Positions 9,580-19,511 are shown, numbered from the stretch's first letter. The stretch: DNA of 64,000 nucleotides from an uncultured Chloroflexota bacterium (GCA_937879875.1 CALFMN010000231.1:1-64000); one strand, 5' to 3'. Numbers and translations are program-made. The notes: generated by a model from the sequence alone, not told the origin.

Positions 9580-10092
9580 ATGCGGCGAATCCGGAAGCTG
9601 TTGCGGCGTGGAGTGCTGTTGCGTTGTCCGAGCTGCGGCAAGGCGACGCTGGTGCGCGGCGTGCTGTGCGTGCACCAGCGCTGCCGCGTCTGCGGCCTCG
9701 CCTTCGAGCATGACGAGGGCTTCTTCCTCGGCGCCCTGATCGTGAACTACCTCTTCGCCTTCGTCTTCGGCATCCTGCCGGCGATCGTCGCGGTCGCCGG
9801 GGGCGCTTTGAGCGTGCGCGGTGCGATTCTCGTCGCCTTCGCCGCGGCCCTCTTGTTGCCCGTCGTGTTTTACTGGCACGCGAAGAGCCTGTGGATGGCG
9901 GTCTACTACCTCTTCGTGCCCGACGATCTACGCGCCGCTCGCCTCGAGGCGCTGGCGGCGATCGAGGGCGGACCGGGCACGGGCGAGGCCGCCGGTCCGC
10001 TGAGCGACGCCGAGCGCCAGCGCCGCCAACTCGAAGAGGCGCTGGCCGAACTCGAAGGCGGCAAGCCGGTGTACCGCCGCGGCGGGCGTTGA
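9580..10092 (+). CDS. DUF983 family membrane protein
   Basis: CPSCGK...CRVCG zinc-ribbon-like N-terminus followed by 2 TM helices; start at MRRIRKLL. Confidence 0.6.
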   Translation: MRRIRKLLRRGVLLRCPSCGKATLVRGVLCVHQRCRVCGLAFEHDEGFFLGALIVNYLFAFVFGILPAIVAVAGGALSVRGAILVAFAAALLLPVVFYWHAKSLWMAVYYLFVPDDLRAARLEALAAIEGGPGTGEAAGPLSDAERQRRQLEEALAELEGGKPVYRRGGR

Positions 10093-10256
10093 GGCGTGTG
10101 GCTCTCATACCATCGGATGGGTAGGGGCGCGTGCAACGCGCCTCGCAGCGCGCCGGTTCACCCGACACGCCTTGCCCGCTCAACGCAGGATCGCCCCTGT
10201 CGCCCGTTTCCACGATGTATTCAGATGCATCGGAGGAAAGGACGGGGTCAGGCGCC

Positions 10257-10320
10257 AGAGCGCAGCGCAACCGTCGGCGACTTTGGCCAGAGCGCAGCGC
10301 AACCGTCGGCGACTTTGAAT
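10257..10320. promoter_or_regulatory. tandem direct repeat 2 x AGAGCGCAGCGCAACCGTCGGCGACTTTG(AAT), about 100 nt upstream of amidohydrolase
   Basis: Exact tandem copies at 10257-10286 and 10287-10320; third copy at 11472-11501. Confidence 0.5.
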
Positions 10321-10421
10321 GAGGGCCGCCTCCCGCCTGATTGACCGCGCGCCGCCCGCCGGGGTTAACTACAGCCGTGGCGCGCCTTGCGGCGTTGCCT
10401 CTCAGACTCTCCCGGAGGCGT

Positions 10422-11429
10422 GCCGTGCCGGTCATCGACGTGCACAACCACTACACCACGGTGCCGGCGGCGCTGAACGTCTACCGCGCCGGCCAGATCA
10501 GCGGCGGCAATCAGCCCAGACCGTTCAAATCCAGCAGCATCAGCGACGAGGCGATCGTCGCCTCCGTCAAAGATAAGCAGATCGCGCACATGGCGATGAA
10601 AGGGATCGACCGCCTGATCTTCTCGCCGCAGGCCGGCGCGATGGGCCACCAGTTCGGCGGCGAAAAAGTCAGCCGCTACTGGACGCAGGCCTGCAACGAC
10701 ATGATTCACCGCGTCTGCACGCTCTTCCCGGACAAGCTCTCGCCCTCCTGCCAGTTGCCGCAGTCGCCGGGCGTGCCGCCCGAGCGCTGGCTCGACGAGC
10801 TGGAGTTCCGCGTCAACGAGCAGGGCTTCGTCGCCTGCAACGTCAACCCGGACATCTCCGGCGGTGCGCCGCCGTTCACACCGTCCGTTGCGGACGAATG
10901 GTGGTATCCCCTCTACGACAAGTTGCAGGAGCTGGATGTTCCCGGCCACATCCACGTCAGCGCCACGCTCAACCCCGCCTTTCATATGAACGGCTCGCAT
11001 TACATCGCCTGGCATCACACCGCGGCCTTCGAGATCATGTGGGCGGCCGAACGGATCTTCCACGACTTCCCGCGGCTGAAGCTGGTGATGTCGCACGGCG
11101 GCGGCGCGATGCTTTTGCAGCACAATCGCATCCGCTCGCTGTTCGAGGCGGCGGGCAGAGACTACGATTCGGCGGTCAAAAAGGTTACCTGGGACATGGC
11201 GGTCTACGAGCAGGAGACGATGGCGACGATGGTGCGCCTCGCCGGCGCCGACAGCCTGATGTTCGCCACCGAGATGTGGGGCACGGCGAACGTGATCGAC
11301 CCCAAGACGGGCAAATACTTCGACGACACGCTCGGCATGGTCAAGGCGCTCGGCCTCAGCGTGGAGGACGAGTACAAGCTGCTGGAGGGCAACGCCCGCC
11401 GGCTCTACAGCCGCGCGACGTTCGACTGA
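10422..11429 (+). CDS. amidohydrolase-2 family metal-dependent hydrolase (ACMSD-like TIM barrel)
   Basis: VIDVHNHY metal-binding motif at N-terminus; GTG start with GGAGG RBS. Confidence 0.8.
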   Translation, partial: AVPVIDVHNHYTTVPAALNVYRAGQISGGNQPRPFKSSSISDEAIVASVKDKQIAHMAMKGIDRLIFSPQAGAMGHQFGGEKVSRYWTQACNDMIHRVCTLFPDKLSPSCQLPQSPGVPPERWLDELEFRVNEQGFVACNVNPDISGGAPPFTPSVADEWWYPLYDKLQELDVPGHIHVSATLNPAFHMNGSHYIAWHHTAAFEIMWAAERIFHDFPRLKLVMSHGGGAMLLQHNRIRSLFEAAGRDYDSAVKKVTWDMAVYEQETMATMVRLAGADSLMFATEMWGTANVIDPKTGKYFDDTLGMVKALGLSVEDEYKLLEGNARRLYSRATFD

Positions 11430-11471
11430 CCGGCGATCAATGACGCCGCCCCGCATTGTAGGGGCGCCCAT

Positions 11472-11501
11472 AGCGCAGCGCAACCGTCGGAGACTTTGAA
11501 T
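11472..11501. promoter_or_regulatory. third copy of AGCGCAGCGCAACCGTCGGAGACTTTGAAT motif, about 90 nt upstream of aldolase
   Basis: Near-identical to the tandem copies at 10257-10320; similar spacing to the downstream start codon. Confidence 0.5.
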
Positions 11502-11591
11502 ACTGCGCCCGTCGCGGCAACGCCGCGACACACAGCGCGCGGAACGCAGATCCAGCAGGTGCCGAAGGCGGCACACCGGAAGGGGCGAGGC

Positions 11592-12455
11592 ATGAGCGAA
11601 ATCCCGCGGCTCAATGGCGTGATCGCGGCGCTGGAGGCGGGCAAGCCCGCGTTCACGACCTTCACGCCGCCCGACGTGGAGAGCGCCATCGCCCTCTCGC
11701 AGGCCGACTACGACGGCATCGTCTTCGAGATGGAGCACAATCCCTACGATGTCCGCGCCCTGCGCGACAGCCTGCAATACATGCTCAACCGCCGCCAGAT
11801 CGTCAGCAGCGGCACGCTGGCGCCGCGCGTCACGCCGATCGTGCGCATTCCGCCGAACGGCGTCGAACAGAACTCCTGGGTGGCCAAGCAGGTGCTCGAC
11901 CTCGGCGTCTACGGCGTCGTCTGGCCGCACGTGGGCACGGTCGAAGAGGCGCGCAACGCCGTCTCGGCCTGCCGCTACCCGCGACCGCCGGATGCGGAAC
12001 GCTACGATCCGCCCGGCCTGCGCGGCGACGCGCCCAACAACGCCGCGCGCTACTGGGGCCTGACGCAGCAGGAGTACTACGCCCGCGCTGATGTCTGGCC
12101 GCTGGCGCCGCAGGGCGAGATCCTGGCGATCATCATGATCGAGGAGGTGCGGGCGATCGAAAACCTGCCGCGCATCCTCAAAGAGGTGCCGGGCATCGGC
12201 GTGATCCTGATCGGCGAGGGCGATCTCTCGCAGGAACTCGGCCATCCACGCCAGTACGAGCACCCCGTGGTGCAGGAAGCGATCGGCCAGATCGTGAGTG
12301 TCTGCAAGGACCACAATGTGCCGGTCGGCCATCCACATGTTGATGAGAAGAACGTCGAGCGTGTGCTGGAGCAGGGCTTCCGCTTTTTGATGCCCGCGCC
12401 GGTCCGCAGCTACGGCGCGCTGACGAAGGGCCGCCAACTCGCCGGACGGGCCTGA
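11592..12455 (+). CDS. HpcH/HpaI-family aldolase (citrate-lyase beta-like)
   Basis: GIVFEMEHNPYD...IMIEEVRAIENL family motifs; start MSEIPRLNG with RBS. Confidence 0.8.
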   Translation: MSEIPRLNGVIAALEAGKPAFTTFTPPDVESAIALSQADYDGIVFEMEHNPYDVRALRDSLQYMLNRRQIVSSGTLAPRVTPIVRIPPNGVEQNSWVAKQVLDLGVYGVVWPHVGTVEEARNAVSACRYPRPPDAERYDPPGLRGDAPNNAARYWGLTQQEYYARADVWPLAPQGEILAIIMIEEVRAIENLPRILKEVPGIGVILIGEGDLSQELGHPRQYEHPVVQEAIGQIVSVCKDHNVPVGHPHVDEKNVERVLEQGFRFLMPAPVRSYGALTKGRQLAGRA

Positions 12456-12537
12456 TGGGCGAGCGCCGGCGGCTCCCGATCGCGAGGCCACTGGCGAACT
12501 CACGCACGCTCGCCAGCGCTGCATTGCAGGAGCCGCG

Positions 12538-13863
12538 ATGAGCGTCGCAGCCTCCCGGCCGCCGCTGCGCGACGCCTTTCGCGCGCTGAACACGCCGAAC
12601 TTCCGCCTGTTCTGGTCCGCGCAGCTCTTCTCGCAGATGGGCACGTGGATGCAGCGGCTCGCTCAGGCCTGGCTGGTGCTGAAGCTCACCAACTCGCCGC
12701 TGGCGCTGGGCACGATTACCACCGTGCAGTTCGCGCCGATCCTGTTCCTCTCGCTCGCGGGCGGCGTCTTCGCCGACCGGCTGCCGAAGCGCCGGCTGCT
12801 GTTCGCCACGCAGCTCACGCTGTTCGTGCAGGCGCTTGTGCTTGGCCTGCTGACGGCGGCGGGACGGATCACGATCCCGGAGATCTACCTGCTCGCGGCG
12901 ATCCTCGGCGTCGCCACGGCGATCGACACGCCGACGACGCAGGCCTTCACCGTCGAGCTGGCCGGCCGCGACGACCTGCCCAACGCGATTGCGCTCAACG
13001 CCACGCAGATGACCGCCGCGCGCATCACAGGTCCGGCGATCGCCGGCGTCGGCATCGCCGTGGTCGGCGTGTCCGGCTGCTTTCTGTTCAACGCGGTGAG
13101 CTATCTGGCGGTCGTGGTCTGCCTGCTGCTGCTGCGCGCCGACCGCATGTTCGCCGGCCGGCCGGCGAGCCACGGCGGCATCTTCGCGCAGTTGCGGGAG
13201 GGCATCTCCTTCTCGCTGACGACGCCGGACGTGGCGCTCGTGCTGCTGCTGATGGCGGCGCTGGGCACCTTCGGTTACAACTTCGCGGTCGTGCTGCCGC
13301 TGTTCGACCAATACGTGCTGCACGCGGGCTCGATCGTCTTCGGCCTGCTCAACGTGGCGATGGGAGCCGGCTCGTTGCTCGCCTCGCTGCATCTCGCCTA
13401 CCGCGGCCGGCCGGCGCGGCGCGCCCTGCTGCTGAGCGTGGCCGGCTTCAGCCTGCTGCTGCTGACGTTCGCCTATTCGCAGCGCGTCTGGCTGGCGATC
13501 CCGGTGCTGGTGCCGCTCGGTGTGTGCAGCATCGCCTTCTTGACGACGGGCCAGACGCGTCTGCAACTGGTCACGCCGGCGCAGATGCAGGGACGGGTGA
13601 TGAGCCTCTACCAGGTGCTGATCGGCGGCACCACGCCGATCGGCGCCACGCTGGTCGGCTTTCTGGCGCAGCGCTTCAACGTGCCGTTCGCCGTGACGTT
13701 GATGGCGATGCTCTGCGCGACGGGCGTCGGCATCGCCCTGCTCTACACGCGCCGCAACCAGGCGCGCATGACGCCGGACGACCAGATGTTGACCGTCGCT
13801 GCACTGCGGGCTGATGAGCAGCCCGCAGTGGCGGCGACGGCGCCCGCGGCCGCGTCGGGCTGA
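12538..13863 (+). CDS. MFS transporter
   Basis: 12-TM profile, FRLFWSAQLFSQMGTWMQ N-terminus typical of EntS-like MFS; AGGAG RBS. Confidence 0.85.
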   Translation: MSVAASRPPLRDAFRALNTPNFRLFWSAQLFSQMGTWMQRLAQAWLVLKLTNSPLALGTITTVQFAPILFLSLAGGVFADRLPKRRLLFATQLTLFVQALVLGLLTAAGRITIPEIYLLAAILGVATAIDTPTTQAFTVELAGRDDLPNAIALNATQMTAARITGPAIAGVGIAVVGVSGCFLFNAVSYLAVVVCLLLLRADRMFAGRPASHGGIFAQLREGISFSLTTPDVALVLLLMAALGTFGYNFAVVLPLFDQYVLHAGSIVFGLLNVAMGAGSLLASLHLAYRGRPARRALLLSVAGFSLLLLTFAYSQRVWLAIPVLVPLGVCSIAFLTTGQTRLQLVTPAQMQGRVMSLYQVLIGGTTPIGATLVGFLAQRFNVPFAVTLMAMLCATGVGIALLYTRRNQARMTPDDQMLTVAALRADEQPAVAATAPAAASG

Positions 13864-13879
13864 GCGCGGCGCGGCTATC

Positions 13880-13965
13880 GGCCCTCACCCCCGTCCCCTC
13901 TCCCAATCCTGGGCGAGGGGCGATCCGGCGTGTAGTGTTCCGTGGCCGGCGCGATTAACCGGATG
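13880..13965. repeat. MITE-like family A, solo left-end copy (copy 3)
   Basis: GGCCCTCACCCCCGTCCCCTCTCCCAATCCTGGGCGAGGGGCGATCC + GATTAACCGG tail; between convergent MFS and GT2 genes. Confidence 0.55.
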
Positions 13966-13996
13966 CCGGTGCGTGAAGCGGCCGGCCAGGCGAGCA

Positions 13997-15238
13997 TCAG
14001 GGCGAGCGCCTCAGCGTTTGCCCTTGTGGAGCGTTTTGCTCCCGCGGCGTCACGATGCGGCCGTCGCGGGCGATACGCAGGCGGCGCCCGCGCCAGACGA
14101 CGGTCGTGCTGCACAGGCTCCAGCAATACGCGGCGAGCAAGGCCGACATGGACAGCGGTAACAGCACGTAGCCGCTCGCGCGTGCACGCGTGCCGATGCC
14201 GGCGCGGCCGGTCAAAAGCGGCGAGGCGGCGGCGGCAAGTCCGAACACGGTTAGCGCACGCGCACGCTCGTGCATGGCGTCGCGTTGCAGCGGCAGCGAG
14301 GCAAGCGCCGCGAGCGGCAGCAGCCAGCCGAGCAGGATCAGGGCCATGCAGGCGTACTCGGCCGGCTTCATGCGGCGCAGCCCCACCAGCCAGCGCTGCC
14401 AGTGGCGCAGCAGTTCCGCCCAGCTCAGCGGCGCGGCCAGCACGTCCACCGGCCGGCGCAGCAGCGCACAACGCCAGCCCTGCCGCCGCAGCGCCCGCTC
14501 AAGCGCGATGTCTTCGGTGAGGAAGCGGCCGAGAGCGGCGAAGCCTCCGGCCGCGTCGACGCACTCGCGCCGCACGAGCATCAGCGTGCCCCAGAGGCCG
14601 TGCGCCCCGCGCAGTTGCGCCGACGCATACTCGAATGGCGCCAGCACGTTGTTGACGAGCACCTGCTCCAGCCGCGCCGGCAGCCCCGCGGCGAAGACGA
14701 TCTGCGGCGTGGCCGACACCGCGCCGGTCCGCTCGTCAATCGCGGCAGCGAAGCGACGCAGGGTGTCCCGGTCGGCCAGGGTATCTGAGTCGGAGATCAG
14801 CAGCCAGTCGTGGAGCGCGTCGGCAGCCGCGGCCGCCAGGTTGTGCGACTTGCCGTTCACGCCTGGGTCGGGGTTCGGCCCGGAGAGCACGCAGCGCACC
14901 TGTCCGGCGAACTCGCTGGCCAGGGCAACGGCGAGCGAGTACAGCGGTTCGGCCGCGTCCTCGAAGGCGAAGATCAACTCCCACCCCGCCGGATACTCGA
15001 GCATGCACCACGAACGAAACGCCGCTTCCGCCTGCGGTTCCGTTCCGTGCACCGGCTTGAGGATCGAAATCGGCGGGAAGAGCGTGGCAAGCGGCTCCGC
15101 CCCGTACCGGAAGCGGATCGCCAGCAGATCGCGCAACACAAGCCCGATCGCCACGCACAGCACCGCCTGCGCCAGCGCATCGCCATGCACCAGCCAGTGC
15201 AGCGCGCTACCCGCCGCTTCGCCCATGAGCGCCCGCAC
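13997..15238 (-). CDS. glycosyltransferase family 2 (ceramide glucosyltransferase-like)
   Basis: ISILKPVHG...SDSDT...LTEDIALE GT2/ceramide-GlcT motifs with C-terminal TM segments. Confidence 0.8.
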   Translation of the reverse strand: MRALMGEAAGSALHWLVHGDALAQAVLCVAIGLVLRDLLAIRFRYGAEPLATLFPPISILKPVHGTEPQAEAAFRSWCMLEYPAGWELIFAFEDAAEPLYSLAVALASEFAGQVRCVLSGPNPDPGVNGKSHNLAAAAADALHDWLLISDSDTLADRDTLRRFAAAIDERTGAVSATPQIVFAAGLPARLEQVLVNNVLAPFEYASAQLRGAHGLWGTLMLVRRECVDAAGGFAALGRFLTEDIALERALRRQGWRCALLRRPVDVLAAPLSWAELLRHWQRWLVGLRRMKPAEYACMALILLGWLLPLAALASLPLQRDAMHERARALTVFGLAAAASPLLTGRAGIGTRARASGYVLLPLSMSALLAAYCWSLCSTTVVWRGRRLRIARDGRIVTPREQNAPQGQTLRRSP

Positions 15239-15290
15239 CCTCCGCCCTCCGCCCTCTATTTCCTATTCCCTAACCCCTATTCCCTATCGG
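15236..15290. repeat. heptad-periodic C3N4 repeat in 5' UTR of GT2 gene (G-rich on mRNA strand; includes the SD)
   Basis: accctccgccctccgccctctatttcctattccctaacccctattccctatc. Confidence 0.6.
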
Positions 15291-15344
15291 CTACAATGCA
15301 CCGGCGGCACGGCGCGACCAACGCGCCAGCCGGGGAGCGGAGCC

Positions 15345-16202
15345 ATGCACCACGCGCTGATGATCTTTGCCACGGAGTACGCGATCCCGGTCGATCGGCT
15401 GGCCGCAATCGCCGAGGACCGCGGCTTCGAGTCACTGTTCGTGCCGGAACACCCGGCGATTCCCTACGACCGGCGTACGCCCTATCCGCCGGGCGAGCCG
15501 CTGCCCAAAGAGTACTGGCACATCATCGATCCGTTCGTGGCGCTTGCCTATGCCGCGCGGGCCACGACGCGGCTCAGGCTCGGCACGGGCATCTGCCTCG
15601 TCTCCGAGCACGAGCCGATCCAGCTCGCCAAGACGATCGCCAGCCTCGACCATCTCTCGGGCGGCCGCTTCATCTTCGGCATCGGCGCCGGCTGGCTGCG
15701 CGAAGAAGCGGAACTGTTCGGCACCGATTTCGACAAGCGCTGGGCGATCACCGCCGACCGCATCAAGGCGATGAAGGCGATCTGGACGCAGGAGGAGCCG
15801 GAATATCACGGCAGGCATGTGGACTTCGAGAAGATCGCCGTCAACCCCAAGCCGGCGCAGAAGCCGCACCCGCCGGTGCTGATCGGCGCCGGCTCGCGCT
15901 GGGCGCGGCAGCGCGTGGTGGACTGGGCCGAGGGCTGGATGCCGAACTTCATCACGCCGGCGCGCATGGTGCGCGGCATGGAGGAGATCCGCACCCGCGC
16001 CGCCGAGAAGGGCCGCGACCCGAAGACGATCTCCTACACGGCCTTCGGCGTGCCGCCCGACGCGGACACGCTGCGCGCCTACGCGGACGCCGGCACGGAT
16101 CGCGTGATCTTCGTGCTGCCGCCGAAAGGCGAGGACGAGGTGTTGCCCGTGATCGATCGCATCAGCGCCGCGATGCGCGAGGCAAGCGCCGCTCGGCGCT
16201 GA
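15345..16202 (+). CDS. LLM-class F420/flavin-dependent oxidoreductase
   Basis: Luciferase-like TIM barrel; FIFGIGAGWLREE motif; N-terminal part of the track ORF 14190.. is antisense to the GT2 gene. Confidence 0.75.
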   Translation: MHHALMIFATEYAIPVDRLAAIAEDRGFESLFVPEHPAIPYDRRTPYPPGEPLPKEYWHIIDPFVALAYAARATTRLRLGTGICLVSEHEPIQLAKTIASLDHLSGGRFIFGIGAGWLREEAELFGTDFDKRWAITADRIKAMKAIWTQEEPEYHGRHVDFEKIAVNPKPAQKPHPPVLIGAGSRWARQRVVDWAEGWMPNFITPARMVRGMEEIRTRAAEKGRDPKTISYTAFGVPPDADTLRAYADAGTDRVIFVLPPKGEDEVLPVIDRISAAMREASAARR

Positions 16203-16280
16203 CCGACCCTCGCGTGGATTGCGCGGCAACGGAACGCCGCGGTAACCTACGAACATTCGTTCTTGCGAAGGGAGTGTTCG

Positions 16281-16709
16281 ATGGAACCGCGCATCAGCAT
16301 CATCACGCTTGGCGTCGCGGATCTGCCGCGGGCGATTCGTTTCTACGGTGACGGCCTCGGCTGGCCGCGCTCCAGCACCGGTGGAGACGAGATCGCGTTC
16401 TTCCGCACTCGCGGCGTGGTGCTGGCGCTCTATCCGCGCGATCTGCTCGCCGCCGATGCCAATCTCGCGGAGACGGGCAGCGGCTTCGGCGGCATCACGC
16501 TCGCGCACAACGTCGGCAGCAAGGCAGAGGCCGATGCCGTGCTGGCGCAGGCGGTGTCCGCGGGCGCGACGCTGATCAAGCCGGCGAAGGACGCCGAGTG
16601 GGGCGGCTACTCGGGCTACTTTGCCGACCCCGACGGCTACCCCTGGGAGGTGGCCTGGGCGCCGGGCTTTTCGCTAGCGGCCGATGGCAGCGTACAGTTG
16701 CCAGCCTGA
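16281..16709 (+). CDS. VOC/glyoxalase family protein
   Basis: ISIITLGVADLPRAIRFYGDGLGW. Confidence 0.75.
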   Translation: MEPRISIITLGVADLPRAIRFYGDGLGWPRSSTGGDEIAFFRTRGVVLALYPRDLLAADANLAETGSGFGGITLAHNVGSKAEADAVLAQAVSAGATLIKPAKDAEWGGYSGYFADPDGYPWEVAWAPGFSLAADGSVQLPA

Positions 16710-16780
16710 GCCGCCGCGTTCCATGCTGCGAGGGACGCGGGGCGCATACCGCCCGGCGAAGCATCGGGGGAGAACGTCGA

Positions 16781-17691
16781 TGATGCAGCGCACGGTTCCC
16801 AGCAAAGACGAGGTCATGTCCTGGATTCGGGAGAAGAACAACTGGAACCGCTGGGGCGCGGACGACCAGAAGGGCGCGATCAACCTGATCACGCCGGAGA
16901 AGCGCGTCGCGGCGGCCAGGCTCGTGCGCACGGGTCGCAGCGTCTCGCTCAGCCGCGAGTGGCCCAAGACGCCGGCGCCGAACAACCCCACGCCTGCACA
17001 GCACTGGATCCGCTGGATGAACCGCGGCTCCGGCGGCGCGGCGGTCGACTACTACGGCATTCAGTACCACGGCTGGGCCACCACGCACGTCGATGCGCTC
17101 TGCCACGTCTGGGACGAGAAGGGCCTCTGGAACGGCCGCACCGTCGAGCAGGTGCTGACACCGAGCGGCGCCGTGCTCAACGATATCGACCAGTGGCGCG
17201 AGGGCATCGTCACGCGCGGCGTGCTGCTGGACGTGCCGCGCTTCCGCGGCGAGCCGTACGTTACCGAAGCGAAGCCGGTGCACGGCTGGGAGCTGGAAGA
17301 GATCGCCGCGAAGCAGGGCGTGAAGCTTGAGCCGGGCGATGCGCTCTGCGTCTATTCCGGCCGTGAGGCCTTTCACGCGGCCAATCCGGAGTGGAAGGGC
17401 GGCGTGCCCTCGCCGGGGCTGCACGCGTCGTGTCTGCAATTCCTGCGCGAGCACGACATCGCCGTGCTGAGCTGGGACATGATGGACGCCTCGCCCAACG
17501 AGTACGGCATTCCCTGGACGATGCACGCCGCGATCTTCGCCTTCGGCGTGGCGCTGATCGACAACTCGCTGCTGCAGCCGCTGGCCGAGGCCTGCGCTGA
17601 GGAGGGCCGCTGTGAGTTCATGCTGACGGTGGCGCCGCTGCGCGTGGTTGGCGGCACCGGCTCACCGGCCAACCCGCTGGCGCTGTTCTGA
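16781..17691 (+). CDS. cyclase family protein (kynurenine formamidase-like)
   Basis: HVDALCHV...GVLLDV putative-cyclase motifs. Confidence 0.75.
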
Positions 17692-17703
17692 GGCAGTGCC
17701 GGC

Positions 17704-19254
17704 TCAGGAGACACTGACGCTCCAGTCGCCCTCGGCCTCGACGATGAGAACGTAGACGCCTGAGGCTGGAATCTTGCGCACGGCCGTACCGGTGAACGAC
17801 CCGGCCGCGGTTACCAGCACTTCGGCGGAGGTGCAGGTCTGGTCTAACAGCGTGACGCGGAATCGGCCGCTGGTCCACTGCCGGTGAGAGAGCGCGAAGC
17901 GCACTTCGCCCGCGCGGAGACGGGCGTAGGCAACGCCGTCTCCGTTGCCGCTGGCAAAGGTGTTCGCCTCCGCTTCCAGCTCTGCGTCCGGCGGCTGCGT
18001 CAACTCTACGGACCAAACGCCCGACGTCCGCGCTCCAACCAGAAAGCGCCCACCGCGTGACGGCGCGCAGGCGCGGATACCGTCGTACACGGTATCTCGC
18101 GGCAGGTCGACCAGCGTCGCGGTCGGATCGAGGTGGTTATCAAACAGCCGCAATGAGAACCGCGACGGCGGCTGGGCGCGGTGCGAGATGCGCGCCAGCG
18201 TCAGCCCGGCTTGCAGCGGGAAAGGGTCTGAGTGTCCGTCGCCGTTGCCCGTGATGCGCCAGACGATCGGCCAGGCGTACGCGGGCGACGGCATGCTGCG
18301 AGCGAGGTTGCGTGGCCGCTCGCGCTGAGGCTCCAGGGTCAGGCGTTGCGTCGAAACGGTGCCGGGTCGAGGAATCGCAATTCTGTCGAGATGCCTGTAG
18401 CCCTGCGCGTCGGTCGCAGACGGAGCGGCACGCGGTGCATTGATGGCATTCGATTCTGCGCCGAGCGCACGCACGAGTGCGCCTGCACTCGGCGGCCGGC
18501 GTTCCGGGTCTTTTGCCAACGCCGCTTCCACGGCGGCGCAGACGGCTGGCGGCAGCGCCGAATTGGCCTCGCAAAGCGGCGGCGGCGGCAGGTGCGCCTG
18601 GGCATAGAGCACATGCGCCACGTCGCCAGTGAAGGGCAGGTGGCCGCTCAACAGCTGATAGGCCAACACGCCGAGCGCGTAGACGTCTGCCGGCGGGCCG
18701 ACGGCTTCGCCGCGGATCTGCTCCGGCGCCGCCGTCTCCGGCGTGCCCATACCATAGCCGAGCTGCGTCAGGCGGGCGCGGCTCGTGGCCAGCGCGATGC
18801 CGAAATCCATCAGCACCACGCGGCCGGAAGACTCCAGCATCACGTTGCTGTCTTTGACGTCGCGATGCACCAGCCCCGCCGCGTGCACCGCATCGAGCGC
18901 CGAAGCCAGGTCGCGCAGCAGCGGCAGGGCGCGGTCGAGCGGAACGGCGCCCTGATCGGCGATCAGGCTCGCCAGCGTGCGCCCTTCGACCAGCTCCATG
19001 GCGAAGTAGGGCGTGTCATCTGCTTCGCCCGCCTCAAAGACCGTGACGATATTGGGATGGCGCAGCGCCGCGAGCGCCCGAGCCTCCGCCAGAAAGCGCT
19101 CGCGGTCCTCGGTCTCCGCGCAGAGATGCGGCAGCAGCACTTTGAGCGCCACCTGCCGGTCGAGCAGCGGATCGCGGGCGCGGTAGACCGTGGCGAAGCT
19201 GCCGTGGCCGAGTGCGCCGAGGATCTCATAGCGCCCGAAGGCGGCTGGCGGCAT
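17704..19254 (-). CDS. Ser/Thr protein kinase with duplicated C-terminal module
   Basis: GxGxxG, VALK, HRDVKDSN, DFG, APE kinase subdomains; C-terminal half has two GNGDG...SHR modules. Confidence 0.85.
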   Translation of the reverse strand: MPPAAFGRYEILGALGHGSFATVYRARDPLLDRQVALKVLLPHLCAETEDRERFLAEARALAALRHPNIVTVFEAGEADDTPYFAMELVEGRTLASLIADQGAVPLDRALPLLRDLASALDAVHAAGLVHRDVKDSNVMLESSGRVVLMDFGIALATSRARLTQLGYGMGTPETAAPEQIRGEAVGPPADVYALGVLAYQLLSGHLPFTGDVAHVLYAQAHLPPPPLCEANSALPPAVCAAVEAALAKDPERRPPSAGALVRALGAESNAINAPRAAPSATDAQGYRHLDRIAIPRPGTVSTQRLTLEPQRERPRNLARSMPSPAYAWPIVWRITGNGDGHSDPFPLQAGLTLARISHRAQPPSRFSLRLFDNHLDPTATLVDLPRDTVYDGIRACAPSRGGRFLVGARTSGVWSVELTQPPDAELEAEANTFASGNGDGVAYARLRAGEVRFALSHRQWTSGRFRVTLLDQTCTSAEVLVTAAGSFTGTAVRKIPASGVYVLIVEAEGDWSVSVS

Positions 19255-19297
19255 CTGCGCGGCTCCCCGCGATCAGTATCGCTCGGCGCGGGCGTTC

Positions 19298-19511
19298 GGC
19301 CCTCACCCCCGCCCCCTCTCCCAATCCTGGGCGAGGGGCGATCCCGCGTGGAGCGACCCGCAGCGGCACCGGGTTAACCGTTGTGATCACGCTGTACCTC
19401 ACCCAACAGCAAGGTTAACCGTACCGGCCCCGGAACTTCCTCCCCGGGATCGCCCCTCTCCTTCTCCCAGGATTGGGAGAAGGAGAGGGGACGGGGGTGA
19501 GGATAAGGGCC
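19298..19511. mobile_element. MITE-like element family A, copy 4 (both TIRs intact)
   Basis: Left TIR 19298-19345, inverted right TIR 19445-19511, internal GGGTTAACCG motifs. Confidence 0.6.

Noticed and set aside
10365-12644. 759-aa minus-strand ORF spanning the amidohydrolase and aldolase genes
   Set aside because: Antisense to two well-supported plus-strand genes. Arg/Ala/His-rich composition typical of off-frame translation of high-GC DNA. No domain signature.
12178-13566. 462-aa minus-strand ORF opposite the MFS transporter gene
   Set aside because: Composition dominated by R/Q/H/E repeats. The sense strand encodes a canonical 12-TM MFS protein.
15288-15293. TACAAT -10-like hexamer upstream of the LLM gene
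   Set aside because: No acceptable -35 at 16-19 nt spacing. It is embedded in the heptamer array, so it was noted but not called.
14190-15344. N-terminal portion of the 670-aa plus-strand ORF
   Set aside because: Antisense to the GT2 gene. The LLM oxidoreductase begins at the internal ATG 15345, which has an RBS.
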